From Lama guanicoe (lineage: Eukaryota): DNA of 64,000 nucleotides. Made by a program: the position numbers and the translations under genes. The DNA lies in assembly GCA_013239625.1 (NCBI GenBank), contig MU054391.1, forward strand, positions 7,783,095 to 7,847,094. Reading direction: 5' to 3'. Position 1 is the stretch's first letter. Each line of letters begins with the position of its first letter. Below are positions 51,539 through 63,610 of this stretch, piece after piece. The notes under the pieces are model-generated. The model was given only the letters and a program-made list of their open reading frames with translations. It was not told the origin of the DNA and made no database searches.

Positions 51539-51640
51539 CATTTGCTTCCTGCTGGTGACCCCAGGCCATTTGCATTTGCTTCCTGCTGGTGACCCCAGGC
51601 CATTTGCATTTGCTTCCTGCTGGTGACCTCAGACCATTTG
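51539..51640. repeat. 34-bp minisatellite, 3 copies, within a MIR core
   Basis: Unit catttgcttcctgctggtgaccccaggccatttg at 51539, 51573 and 51607 (third copy has 2 mismatches). Confidence 0.95.
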
Positions 51641-51813
51641 CTTCCAGGCCAGCTATTAAAACTCTTTGCAGCTTGGCCTCTTCATTTCTAAAATAAGGTC
51701 AATGCCATTTGTTGCATGCTGTTTGAGGAAGATTAATAAGATAATGTGCAGAGTCTAGCCCCCTAATATTCAAAACTGGGTTAAAAAATGATAATAACAT
51801 TTTTATTCCTAGT

Positions 51814-52258
51814 TGTTACAGGCCAAAATGAATCTACCTCAAATTCACATGTTGAAGGCCTAACCACAGAATGTGATCTTACTTGGAAGGTCTTTGTACA
51901 GAGGTAATCAAATTAAACGAGGTCACCAAAGTGGGCCCTAATCTACTATAAGCAGCATTCTGTCCTTATAACCAGGGGGAATTTGGACACAGACATGTGC
52001 CCACGGAGAACCCCAGGGGGAGATGAAGGCAGAGGTTGGGATGATGCTTCTACAAGCCAATGATGCCAAAGATGCCAGTGAACCACCAGAAGCTGGGAGG
52101 GAGCATGGTACAGATTCTCCCTCATAGCTTGGGAGAGAACCAATCTTGCTGACACCTTGATCTTGGACTTCCAGCCTCCAGAACCTTGAGATGATGAATT
52201 TCTGTGATTAACACAGCCCCCCGTCTGTGGTAGTTTACCTGTGCTAACAGCTAGAACA
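51814..52258 (+). mobile_element. MLT1 (ERVL-MaLR) LTR, MLT1B/C-like
   Basis: aaattcacatgttgaag, gtgggccctaatc, caccagaagctggg, acagattctccctca, gacaccttgatcttggacttccagcctccagaac. Confidence 0.9.
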
Positions 52259-53239
52259 GAGAGGTCAGACCCATGCCCGGGGTGCAATTGCAGCAGAGGA
52301 GGCAGAGCAAGACGACCTTGCCGTTCACTGCGGTGTCTTTCTGGAACAAAAGGGCCCGCTTCCATTTGCAGGTAACGTGTTGATTGCCGAGTCTCTCCAC
52401 ACCGTCACATGGCACCTCCTCCAGCTCCCCCTCCCGGGCCCCTTCCTCCGCATGCTCAGGACATGTCATCTCCTTTTCCCAGTAACCTTTGGCACATTCT
52501 CATCTCCTACCTTGCACTTCAGTTAAAAATACATCCTTCCTGGGAGAGGTTCTGATTGAATTGGTCCAGGCTGAGGCTCAGTCACTGCATTTCTGAAGAG
52601 CTCTCCGGATGAGTTCCATGCGCGGTGGGGTGAGGATGCCGCATTAGACCACAGGCCCCTTAGAGCAGATCCACAGCTGCCTTCCCCGGTACCTCCGCAT
52701 GCCATCCAGTGGGTGGGGGACAAATGAATTGAGTTTCAAGTAACAGATGAAAATGCCCAACCACAATGCTCCAGACTACACTGCGCCCATTTATCGGCCG
52801 TGTGGACTTGAAGCCTTAGGGAAGTGGCCTCACTGCTCACCGCCTGTCCCCTCTCACTCTCACCCCGGCTCCATGCTGCTCCAGGGCCCTCCTTGCCTGC
52901 CCGGATTAGAAATCACTTAACTTCACACACTAGGGTCTGACTCACCACATCTCGGGTGGTACCCAGTCAGGTGCAGAATGAGGACTTCCTGCTGTGGCCA
53001 GAGTGTTCTTTCTGCTATGACAACAATAGTAACAAAACAATCGAGAAGAGTCAAACAAGCAAACAAGACCCCTCCCTGCTGGAAACAATTAGTATCTCTC
53101 CATCACCTATTTTAAAAAGTCCAGATTCCTTTTGTGACCCATCACGGCCTGTGCCCTCCTCACTAGCAGACAAGCTAACCCTTTGCCTTCTCTCTGCTCT
53201 GCAATGTGCTGACAGGTGGGGAAGTTTCTCCTCCCACAG

Positions 53240-53610
53240 CAGCTTTTATCAAGCCTCAGGGCTTTTGCTCACATCTGTTCCTTCTGCCTAGAATGTGTCC
53301 TGGCCCATGGACCAACGTGGACCACTCTTTCAACACTTGGTTCAAGAGTCTCCTTTCCTGCACCCTCCCCCATGAAAACTCTCCGTCCTCACCTGACCCC
53401 CAGGCAGCATCGGGCCACAGGGCTCCCGTTAGAGCCCTGCTTTGCTTGGATGGCCCTTGTTTGTGATGACGGATGTGCATTCTCTCACCCCCACAACGCT
53501 CTGTCCTCTGGAGCACACTGACCGCCTTATTCGTGTCTGTACTGCCAGCACTGAGCCCAGCATCTGGTAGACCAGCAGTGCCCGGCAAATATTTGTTAAA
53601 TGAATGAGCA
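53240..53610 (+). mobile_element. L2 3' relic
   Basis: ctcagggcttttgctcacatctgttccttctgcctagaatg...aaatatttgttaaatgaatga. Confidence 0.7.
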
Positions 53611-56600
53611 AATCACGTTCATTGATATTTACTAGTGCTTTACAGTTTACCAAGTGGTTCCAACGGCAAATAGAATGAATAAAAGGGTAAGAAAGTTCAT
53701 GCTGACCTAGTGGCCTTTCCACCGGGCTCCTACCAACCCTGGCTCAATTTTAGATGGGTTGCTGTCCTCCTGGGCCTGCAACGGAAACACGGCTGCTAGG
53801 CGAGGGTGCTGGTTTCGGACCTGGGCAAGGGAGGGTAAGTTCACACATGCTGGGCAGATGGTCGGGGGGTGGCTTCACCCCATGGCAGTGTGATTGAGGC
53901 TGTGACCCCCGGCCACTCCCAACTCCAGGCAAAACCCCCGAATTCTGCCATTTACAAGGCAAGGTCAGCATGATTCACAGATGTGCCGATGGCCACGCAG
54001 AGGGAGGGGTAATGACGTTTCCATCTGTGAACAGACAGGTCACATCCTGAAAACAAAGGGCTGTTTCCTTCCAGTTTATTCAACCCCGGAGCCGTCAGGG
54101 AGTCTCAGTGTCCATTCTGAACGTTAAGGCCGTGGCCAAGACTCCTAGTGAGGCCGTTTGGAAGAGGTGAGGGACAGGGAATTAGGATCACACAGAAGGA
54201 GAACTGGTTTCGAAGCAGCCCCAGAGAGACAATCGGGCTGTTCGGGAGCAGGCACTGCCCTGGGCCTGTCCACCCTCCATCCATCTGCTCCAGCTCCTCA
54301 AATACACCCAGCAGAACACCCTTGAACCCACAGGTGACAGTGAAAAGACATCACATTCCGCCTCTGCGTCTGTTCCAGACCGCCTCTGGTCTGTCTGCCT
54401 CATCCTGCTTCTGTTCTGCTTCCTTCCCAGGTTTCACGCTCACCTTTTGCCTTTTGGCTCCAATTCTTCATCACCTCCCGTGGCCCAGCAACCTGATTTC
54501 AGATTAACCACCTCAAGGTCAGTGGCCACTACCCTGCCTCCCACCTGCGCCTCCAGCGGATGGCAGGCCACGTCCGCCAGTCTCTGCCTCGTGGCTTCTC
54601 GTGCTGAAACCCCGGGAAAGGGCTGCCCAAGCTCCACTGAACCCCGGGTCTAGTCCAGTTTCTCCCAACCCCGCCAGGCATTCTGCAGGGGCAGGGAGAT
54701 GGGCCTATCTCTGAGGTTACTGTTGGCCCAAGAGGTGGCATCCAGAGCAAACTCATGGCCTAGCTCCACTCATGTCTGAGATGCAACCTTGTCTATGAAA
54801 CTGGGTGGCTCCCTCCGAGCCACCCAGTTTCTGTCTCTTAGAGAAGCTGATCACTAAGCAGCCCACAGCCAGGGAGGTGCCCCACCCAGAGACTCCCGCA
54901 GACTGAGTCCTTCCTTTAAGATCTGGGGACACTGTGGGACACTCTCCTGGAAGGTGACAAGAGGGGTCTGGGGCACACCTGGCACCGAGCTGCCCCACAA
55001 AGGACCAGGTTCACTTCTGATTAGGTCCTATGGCCCTGCCCTGGGCCGGAATCAGGAATGTTCCAAAGAGCGATGATGTCTTTGCGTGTCTGGGTTACTG
55101 ACGTTCCCCTGACCTCGCTTGACTTGTTCTGCCTTACTCTGTTCTCTTTTGTTTCTAATTTCTAAATTCTCAAATCCTTAGGAAGGAGGGTTAAAAAGGA
55201 GCAAATCTATTTAAAAAAGAGGATTAGATTCGTCAAAACAGAGATTAGCCATAACATGATTGTGCTCCGCACTCTACAGAAGGTCTCCCCCACGGGAGTT
55301 AAGTGGGGAGTTTGAAATGAATCGGGTAACCAGACACTTCAGTGTATCCTGGAATCGCAGAGAGACACCAGTGGACGGGGCTTTAGAGGTTTCCTAATCT
55401 AATATTTGCATTTTAAAGATGGAATATAAAAACTAAAGATGGGGGAAAAAACTCACCCAAAAGTCATGGGTGAATGTGTGTCAAAGGTGACATCCTTTTG
55501 TTTATCGATCACTTCCAGATACCCGAAGGGGCGAGGCAGCAATGTGGTCGAGAGAATGGCCTTTGGATTTAGACAGCCCTGAATGTAAATGCCTGTTCCA
55601 CCAGGTCGTACTGAATCACTCCCCAGGCTCCATGACCTAAGAAATAGACTCCTCTCCCTGAAACGTAGAGCGCAGGACTAACTTCAGAGGGGCGTCCTGA
55701 TGCCAAAGTGAAGCCTTCAGCGCAGGACGTGGCGTCCCACTAGGCTAAGGAGGTACCAGCTCCACCGTCATGGTTCCCGGGCTGCCGGCATGCCGCTCCT
55801 TCCCCACGTGAGGAAGCAGTCGTCGCGCACCAAGGGCCGTGGAGATACTGGGATCACAACAGCCAGATGCTGTCGCCCTCATGGCCTCGGCTTCGGATCC
55901 CTCACACAGGGAGGTCTTGAGTGACTCGCTGATTAAAAAGCCCTTTCTGTATTATCTAATGGTGATTAACAGGGCAAATTTATGTCAGAAGAGCAGCGTC
56001 AAGCTGGGACACACAGCTGGGCTCAGTGCTGGAGAACCTACGATCCCATCACAGGGAGAAGCCCCGCAGCAGGTAGCTGCCAGGGCAGCGGCTCAACACA
56101 GGTGGTTAAGATGCTCCCACCGGCCCCACGAATAGCTGCTTGCATTTCATGCAAAGTCACCAAGCGACTCGAATGTTCTGCAGGTAGCCTAGAATTTTAT
56201 TCTATTTTTGTCTCTCTATCTTCAGATAATCTACCGTGCTGACTTAACCTACCAGAGACGTAAATGGTGCAAATGAAAAGAAAAGAGATCGTTTTTTCAA
56301 TCACTGTCAGTGTGAACCTTTGGTTCTGGCAGACTGGTCTCCTCATGTTGCTGCGGGTTATTTCATGAACCCTGGGCCAGAGAAGCACCACCTCTTCCCA
56401 GCCATGCCAGTTTGGGCAAGTCTTTGAATCTCAACATCCTCATGTTTGAAATGGGGAAAATAATAGCCACCTTGCTGGGAGGTTGGAGGGGCAAGTGAGG
56501 CAAAAACCTACGGCGGCCAGTACACAGTAGGAGCTTAATAGTGGCTTGTTCATCCCAGCCTCTATGTCTTTGCCTGTATAGTTTGCTCTCCTGGAATGTG

Positions 56601-56944
56601 TTCTTGTCCGCTCTATATTTTTCAAGACCAGATTAAGGCCCTGATCCCTCCAAGAAACTTCCCTATCCGTTCAGTCCACACAGACATGGCCTTTCTAATT
56701 CCTGGCATGTGTTGTGGGCAATGTGCCCATTTCTAAGATTAGGGAAAGGTGCTCATATCTGGTATCCAAGATGGCAGCAGGCTGATATTGAAAGTCACCC
56801 ATTTCACTGTCATGCTAGACCAGCCCACTGCTACACGACTTGCAAACACTAGAATCAGTACATGTCTTTTGAGAGGCAGGACCATATCTTACTCTTTGTA
56901 GCCCTGGAGTCCAGCGCTGGTCCAGAATCACAGCGGAATCCCAG

Positions 56945-57210
56945 GTGCCTTAGTTTCCTGGAGCTTCCTTAAAGTCCTACAAGATAGGTGGCTTAGAACA
57001 ACAGAGGTTTGTTCTTCCACGGTTTGAGAGGCTACAAGTTCAAGTAAGGAGGGCCAGGCTCTTTTCAAATCCTCTCAGGGAGGATCTTTCCTTGCTTTTT
57101 CCATTTCCCAATAGCCCCAGGAATTCCCTGGCTTACATCAGCGTCGCCTCCATCTCTGCCTGTCACACACAGTGTTCTCTCTGTGTCCTCACCAGAATCG
57201 CCTTTAGCAC
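56945..57210 (-). mobile_element. MLT1 LTR fragment
   Basis: ttagtttcct...ggtggcttagaacaacagagg...gaggctacaagttcaag, reverse MLT1 pattern. Confidence 0.7.
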
Positions 57211-57224
57211 CCTAACTTCTACCA

Positions 57225-57361
57225 GTCTCTGTCAGGCAGTCTAGGCTTATTCTAGCATGCATCGCCAAAGTCTTGCAGCCTCTACCCATTATCCAATTCC
57301 AAAGTCGCTTCCACATTTTAAAGTATTTGTTAGAGAGCACCCCACTCTTGATACCAAACTC
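57225..57361 (-). mobile_element. MaLR/ERVL internal sequence adjoining an LTR
   Basis: gcctctacccattatccaattccaaagtcgcttccacatttt...gcaccccactcttgataccaaa; minus strand reads TTTGGTATC just 3' of the LTR. Confidence 0.7.
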
Positions 57362-57800
57362 TGTATCAGTCAGGATTCTCAAGAGAAAAAGAAGCAATAG
57401 GTTGTGTGTGTGTGTGTGTGTGTGTGTGTATACAGATAGATATCAGATATGTAGATAGATATTTATTTGAAGGAATTGATCCATGCAATTATGGGGTTGG
57501 CAAATAGGAAGCATGTAGCACAAGCCAGCAGGCTGGAAACTCAGGCAGGATTTCTGAGCTGCAGTCTTGAGGCAGAATTTTTTCTTCTCCAGGAACCCTC
57601 AGTGTTTGCTCCTAAGATCTGGGACTGATTAGATGAAGTCCATCCACATTATAAAGGGTCATCTTCTTTACTTAAAGTCAGCTGATTGTAGATGTTAATC
57701 ACGTCTTCTAGATACCTTCCCAGCAACGTCTAGTCTATTGTCTGATCAAACAACCGGCATCAAAACCTAATCGAGTTGTCACACGAAATTAACCATGACA
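57362..57800 (-). mobile_element. MLT2D-like LTR containing a (TG)n microsatellite (57402-57429)
   Basis: tgtatcagtcaggattctc start, caggctggaaactcaggcagg, gcagtcttgaggcagaat, ctgattgtagatgttaatcac, and aaattaaccatgaca end. Confidence 0.88.
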
Positions 57801-58899
57801 TAGGGCGAAGAGTCGCAGTTACATTGTGCCTTTGCTGTTAGCTTACTTGGACTCAGTGCTAATTCGCATCGCTTTTCCTTTTCTCAACCATAAAAAGGAA
57901 GAGTTTGGAGCAACTCTAAGATTCCAGCAGGTGCAAAAATCTGTAGTTTATAATATGTCGATTCTAGGTTGTCCTGAATTGCTCCCTTTCCTTCAGGGCC
58001 CCTTCTGTCCATCAGCCGTCTACTTCACCATCGTTCCTGTCCAAGTTCCCCTCCCTGAGCCCACTCATTCCTCTAAGCGCCCAACTTAGCTAACACCATG
58101 GATCTCAGAGGCACAGCATGGGGAGACTTGATGTGGATTATAATAAACACACCACTCTCAAGGGAAAGGAAATACATCTTGGGAAGGTATTTATTCAGTT
58201 GGGTGAGAAGAGACAGACTGTCTCCTTGAATAATACAAAATAAAATAATAAGCCACTTTGTTAGGCGTAAGCTGGAAGCAAACAGAGTGCCTGCAGCACT
58301 CCATCAGGTGGAACCCCATCAGGTGTCTGAGTTACCTGGTGAACAAATTGAACAGATACAGGGTGATGGGCTTATAATGAGCACACACAGATGCCACTTG
58401 AATCCTGCACATATGGTACCTTTTTCCCAGACATTTTATTTTCTTGAGCACCCAAAGTCTTCCTAATATTTCAGATTCATGCTGTGATTTTTTTCTTAGC
58501 AGAATGAAATGACAGCAGTTCAAAATTATATCAATAATTATAATCTGCTCAGATGAGAATGATTATGTGTTCTAAGCTGCTAGCAGGACCTCTAACAACC
58601 ACCAGGAAAATAATTTCTCTGTGTCAAATATTTAGGTAGAGCATTTTAGCAAAAAAAAAGTGAAGAGAGGAACTTCACCTCTGTCGTCCACTAGCCAAAG
58701 GTTAAGTCCCTGAAGTCTCAGTTTTCCTTTTTTTTTAAGTTAGAAATCACAATAGATCCACCTCATATAACTGTGATGATTGAGTGAGAAATATATCATC
58801 ACACATATGGTGAAGTATATCACAAAAAGATGGTGCATAAGACATAGCCACAAAATGAAAAGTGACAACTCTTAATTGAGGCTCCCCGGAGAGTCCTTA

Positions 58900-59300
58900 G
58901 GTTGGAGATTAGGTTACTACTCAGACAAAGTAACTTTTATCTCCCTTCTTTCAATAGCCAACTCTCTCTCCATCCCTTGACTCTGGAGTTGGCCGTGTGG
59001 CTTACTTTGGCCAGTGAGATGCTAATTGATGTGACTTACGGCTTGAGGAGCAATTGGTCTTGCCCGACTCTGACTCTGTATTGCCTTGAGCAAAACTCGC
59101 TCGGGCTAGCCCTCCTGTCCCAGGGTGAGGACAGGAGAAATGTGGTCAGTCCAGCTGCAGTGAGCTGATCCCAGGTGACTCTTAGAAGTGAGTGGATGTC
59201 CAGCAGAAATCAGATCCTCGCCTGACCCACAGAGCCATGAGAACAAACGGCTGCTGCTTTAGGCTACTGAGCATACCTCAGTTTACCCAGAACTGGCTTG
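58900..59300 (+). mobile_element. Old MLT1 LTR (MLT1F-H-like)
   Basis: atcccttgactctggagttggccgtgtggcttactttggccagtgagatg...ctgacccacagagccatgagaacaaa...tttaggctactgag. Confidence 0.7.
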
Positions 59301-59702
59301 TTTACATCTGTTTTTCACTGTCTCATTATGATTTAACACACGAAGTGGCAGGAGGTGTATTTGTAAGTATTTTGTGGAGTGTGACTTTGAATTTAGATCA
59401 AATCACAATTCAAATGAAGTTGGCTCATGCTAGATTCTGAGTTTTCTTCTGCACACAATCAAATGTGAAACTATGATTGTTAATGCATTGTCTCTATTAG
59501 CGGAAGTTCACAATGAGTTAAATGGTTCTGGTTTTACATCAAAAGATAATTCAAATGGAAAGGCAGATCATTTTGGTAACGAATTTCTTTTTTAAATCAT
59601 GAAATCAAAGTCGGGCTATTTAAATGTTCCTGCAAATTCAGTTTAAAAGTTCAACATTAAAGATCAAATTATTTGTTTTTACAATGTAATGTAAAAATAA
59701 AA

Positions 59703-59864
59703 TTTTTATACTGTTTAGCACAGGGAACTACACTCAACATCTTGTAGTAACTCATGGTGAAAAAGAATATGAAAACAAATGTACGTATATTCATGTATGA
59801 CTGAAGCATCATGCTGTACACCAGAAATTGACACAAAATTGTAAACTGACTATACTTCAATAAA

Positions 59865-59897
<33 letters not shown>
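59703..59897 (+). mobile_element. Camelid-type L1 3' end with (CA)n tail
   Basis: tagcacagggaacta...ttcatgtatgactgaagc...tgtacaccagaaattgacac...aactgactatacttcAATAAA, then (AC)n at 59867-59897. Confidence 0.88.
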
Positions 59898-59899
<2 letters not shown>

Positions 59900-60918
59900 G
59901 CCTATGGAACAGAACTGGGTTTGGAACTGTTTGTGAGGCAAACATAATTAGCAATGCCATTCATGTACCCCTGAAACTGGTATAATATTGTATGTCAATT
60001 ATACCTCAATAATTTAAAAAAAAAGCCATCTAGAGAAGCTACAGTAATCTACCAATCAAAATAAAAGCTGTAAGGTCAAAATATAAAAATAAATATACAC
60101 ACAAATTAAGATTCCAAGTAACTGAACTACAAAACTGTTGACAAACCTGTTGAATGTTAAAAAAAAATCAGTGTATATGTGTCTCCATTTTTTGTTCTCT
60201 TTCTTTAATCAGATTTTACAAAGATTTGATTTTTGCAAAACTATTCTGTCAATGAGCTTAACTACCTTACAGTGAGATAGGGTACTTTTTGCAAACAGGC
60301 TTCTAAATTTTGGTTATATTTTGTTCAAAAGGAGATGGAAATCTTTAACCAAGGTATTCAACAAATGGAATACACACGTCCAAATAAACATCCAAATAAC
60401 ACTTGCAGCTGTTGAAGTCCCGAGTAAGTTCCAGGTAATAAAACAAAGCTTTCAAACCAGAAAACATTTAAGTTTATCCCTCCAAAGGGAAGAGTCGAGT
60501 CAAAAAATGATGAAAGTATAAATGATGTGCAAGTTTGAACTCTGAAATTCCTCAATGTGTTTGACAGAATATTCTAAATAATCGAAATGAGAAATAACTT
60601 TTTTGAGGAGTCTTGTCTAATAATACATTGGAGAAAGAAAAAGTACTCTGAATGAGGCAAAGTTAGAACCTGGGAAAATATCTGGATGAAATACTTATAC
60701 TCTTCAGTATGAAGGACGTATTTAAGGATATTCATTAGGAGCAGAATTTGCTCCGGTCCTCCCATGTACTGCAGAGTCCACAGAGAGGCCTTTCACAATT
60801 AAAAACATGCTCTAGATAAACAAGTCAGTTTAAAGTATCAAATTTCAATTTGTTTTACATTTTAAAATGAAACTTTGAAGAGGATTGGAGACAATTTTAT
60901 TAAAATTAAAGTAATAAG

Positions 60919-61165
60919 TTGTGATTTTTTATGGCTGAATAGTATTCCATTGTACAAATATACCACAACTACAGGTGTATATATATACAGAATAGATAAA
61001 CAAGTTTATATTGTACAGCACAGGGAAATATATTCAAGCTCTTGTAATACCTCACGGTGAAAAAGCATGTGAAAATGAATATATGTATATTCATGTATGA
61101 CTGAAAACTGCACTGTACACCAGAACTTGACACAACATTGGAAACTGACTATAACTCAATAAGAA
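60919..61165 (+). mobile_element. 5'-truncated, 5'-inverted camelid-type L1
   Basis: Inverted piece at about 60925-60970 followed by the sense 3'UTR. 17-bp TSD at 60902-60918 and 61166-61182 (1 mismatch). Confidence 0.88.
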
Positions 61166-63030
61166 AAAATTAAAATAATAAGACTAATTTTACAAATTCA
61201 GAAAAATGTTGACATAATTCTGGAGACATAAATAGCTTTAAAAACTGTTTAAAATGTATGCATATACTCAAAAGCTATCTTTTCAGCTTAGGCTGTTTTG
61301 GGCTTCAGGTAGTCAATATAAAGACATTTGCTTTAGTGGATATATGGGTGTATATCACGTGGATATAGATTATTTTTCCCAGGTGTGTTATTTTTATTTT
61401 AAAAAGAATTTTATTTTTGAAAATAGTTTTGTATAAAACTACGTTATAAGCAGTCAATATTATGAAATTAATTTGTCAGCCAATAAATAAATGTTTTCAA
61501 GAATATCAAATTTCAATTCTTTCAGCCTCAAAACATAGCCCGGCTTGAACAATCAACTGGAAACTCACCTCTATTTTAAGATCCCTTCCACTGCATATTG
61601 TTTGTTTTTCATTCTAAGCAGCAGCAATCAACGAGTGCTTCAAAATTCCCATTTAGATTGTGCAGAACTAAGGATTACAGAACAGAGTTTGGATGTCCAG
61701 CCATCCTGGCCCCAGGAACCCCAAATAATGCTTCAAGAGAAGGAAGCTGAGGTCTACTCCTGGCAGCTTCTAATTTCTCTTCTATTTATGTATTTTTGGA
61801 CTTTCTGTTTCACCTCACACCGCGCTATCTCAAAATTTGCCCTTTTTCTGAAACTCTTAAAAAGTCCAGGATATCGGTCAAGCCAATTCTGCGTAAAGAT
61901 TTTCAATGGCAATTTGCCGTAGTGCAGGGTTTTGAATGTTCACAAGGTACTACTTGCCTTCTTTTAAATGTCATTAAAAATCGCGATTCCCATTTACCCA
62001 GAAGAGCTTCTACAAGGCAGTGAGAATTGTTAATGATCTGCGGTAGAAACAAGATGCTCTTTTGTTGTTGCAAATCAAAAAAGTTTTTTTTTAATTTACT
62101 TTAAAGCTGTATCATTACCTATGTGCTAGCTACCAGCTAAGTGGAAAGCTTTAAGCAATATCTTGAGTGACAAGTCTGTGTCATGCCTGTTCTTAATTAT
62201 ATTACACTGGTCTAGGGGGAAAGTGATGGGTTTCTGGGTGTTTACCGCAGCATGCAGCCATGGAAAGTCAGAGAGAAATGGTCACGAGTTTTAGAGAACG
62301 TTATGCTGAGCTGCTGGCACAAAGACCAGGGTTTTCTCATTGTTCAAACTGAATCTGATGCGTCACAGCAAACAAACACGTTACAAAGTGTCTTCTATAA
62401 ACCGTGAATCATGTGTGGTACAAGTGTGCTTTTCTGCTCTATGTGTCTATGAGTCATTTCCATCTTCAGTGAAGATTTATTAATGCTTCAGGGTTAACAC
62501 CTTTCAAAAATAACTCAGACGAAAATGCTGAGATCAATTTAACATGGCAATGGATGAGTTGTCATGTGTGGGTCTTTGGATGCTAGGATCTATTTTTCAG
62601 TATAAAACACACACGTTCCAAAGGTCCTGGATACTCCCAAGAACGCTGCAGCCAAAATGAAGGCAATGTTAAGGTCAAATATCCAATAGTGATCATGCGT
62701 GCAATTCTTAGGACGTGACCTTCTAGACCCAGTTCCAGCAACACGCCCAGTACACGTGGCTGTCATCCTTCTTCTCATTTTAGGTGACACTTCTGTAGAC
62801 ACCGTTTCACCGAATTTACAATGTTATCTCAGAGGAGGATAGACCAATGTTACAATTCTTTCTATATTTAAATGCATGGAAAAAAAGAGCCACGTTTTTC
62901 CCTTTTCAAGTTTTACATTGCTTCATTTGATCCTGAAAAATCTAATAGGGAAAAGCAGCATTAAAAATTAGATTCCTTCTCTGTCCAAGGCTGTTGAAGT
63001 TGGAAGGAAGAAGAAATCGTGCAAAAACAA

Positions 63031-63054
63031 ATACATACATACATACATACATAC
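63031..63054. repeat. (TACA)n tetranucleotide microsatellite
   Basis: atacatacatacatacatacatac. Confidence 0.92.
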
Positions 63055-63282
63055 TAGAAATTGTGCAAACCTAGTCAATTAAAAGGAAAATTTACTGTAA
63101 GGATCACCCTGAATTTCTTGTTTCTGCTTTTCTTCATCTCCTGCTTGGCTCAATTGACTTCCTCCAGGACCCTCCGGGGCAGGCTGCCCCGAACTCCCTG
63201 TGCACGGCTGCAGAGTTATAGGTCTGCCATCACTGTGGAAGTAGTCTCAGGGTCTCAGAAAAACACAGAAAACCTGGATGGC

Positions 63283-63332
63283 TCAGCCCTTCCTATGAGC
63301 TGGTTTTCCCGGGATAGAGAGTTTATCATCAG
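63283..63332 (-). CDS. Putative C-terminal coding part of the candidate last exon (xDDKLSIPGKPAHRKG*)
   Basis: Phase-1 reading after the acceptor: CT GAT GAT AAA CTC TCT ATC CCG GGA AAA CCA GCT CAT AGG AAG GGC TGA. The protein is not recognised. Confidence 0.2.
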
Positions 63333-63404
63333 CTGTGGAGGGGCGTGTAGGAGGTGTGAGAACAATGTTGGGAAATTAAATAGCTAATTAACCTCTGTTA
63401 ATAC

Positions 63405-63610
63405 TTTAAAAGTACCAGACACTGGGCTGAATATTCACTATGAATTTTCTTATTTTATCTAGTTGACAAACCTATGTATAGATATTATTATTATTGCTAT
63501 TATTTTATAAATGAAGAAATGGATTCACTTGACTTGACACAAGACTACAGGTCAGAAAATTGTAAAGTCATTTTTGTTTCCGGGCATTTAATTTCAAAAC
63601 TGTGCTTTTA
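63405..63610 (-). mobile_element. MIR SINE relic
   Basis: gtaccagacactgggct...attttataaatgaagaaatgga...gacttgacacaagactacag. Confidence 0.6.

Larger units (their letters stand above)
62460..63332 (-). other. Candidate terminal exon plus 3'UTR of an unidentified minus-strand gene
   Basis: Acceptor-like ...ttctcacacctcctacacgcccctccacAG| at 63333-63334 and a minus-strand AATAAA at 62476-62481. No interspersed repeat was recognised in between. Confidence 0.35.

Noticed and set aside
51539..51640. CRISPR-like 34-bp repeats
   Set aside because: Head-to-tail with no spacers, no cas genes and a mammalian context; it is a minisatellite.
54553..54566. CTCF-like motif CCAGCGGATGGCAG
   Set aside because: It has a mismatch in the core, and single near-matches are expected in 64 kb; unsupported without ChIP data.
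62590..62802. 70-aa ORF with a hydrophobic stretch (WIFDLNIAFILAAAFLGV)
   Set aside because: Starts at GTG, shows no recognisable homology and lies in a putative UTR; probably chance.
62760..62845. Plus-strand splice-acceptor-like cttcttctcattttag|G
   Set aside because: No convincing donor or recognisable reading frame follows; such motifs are common.
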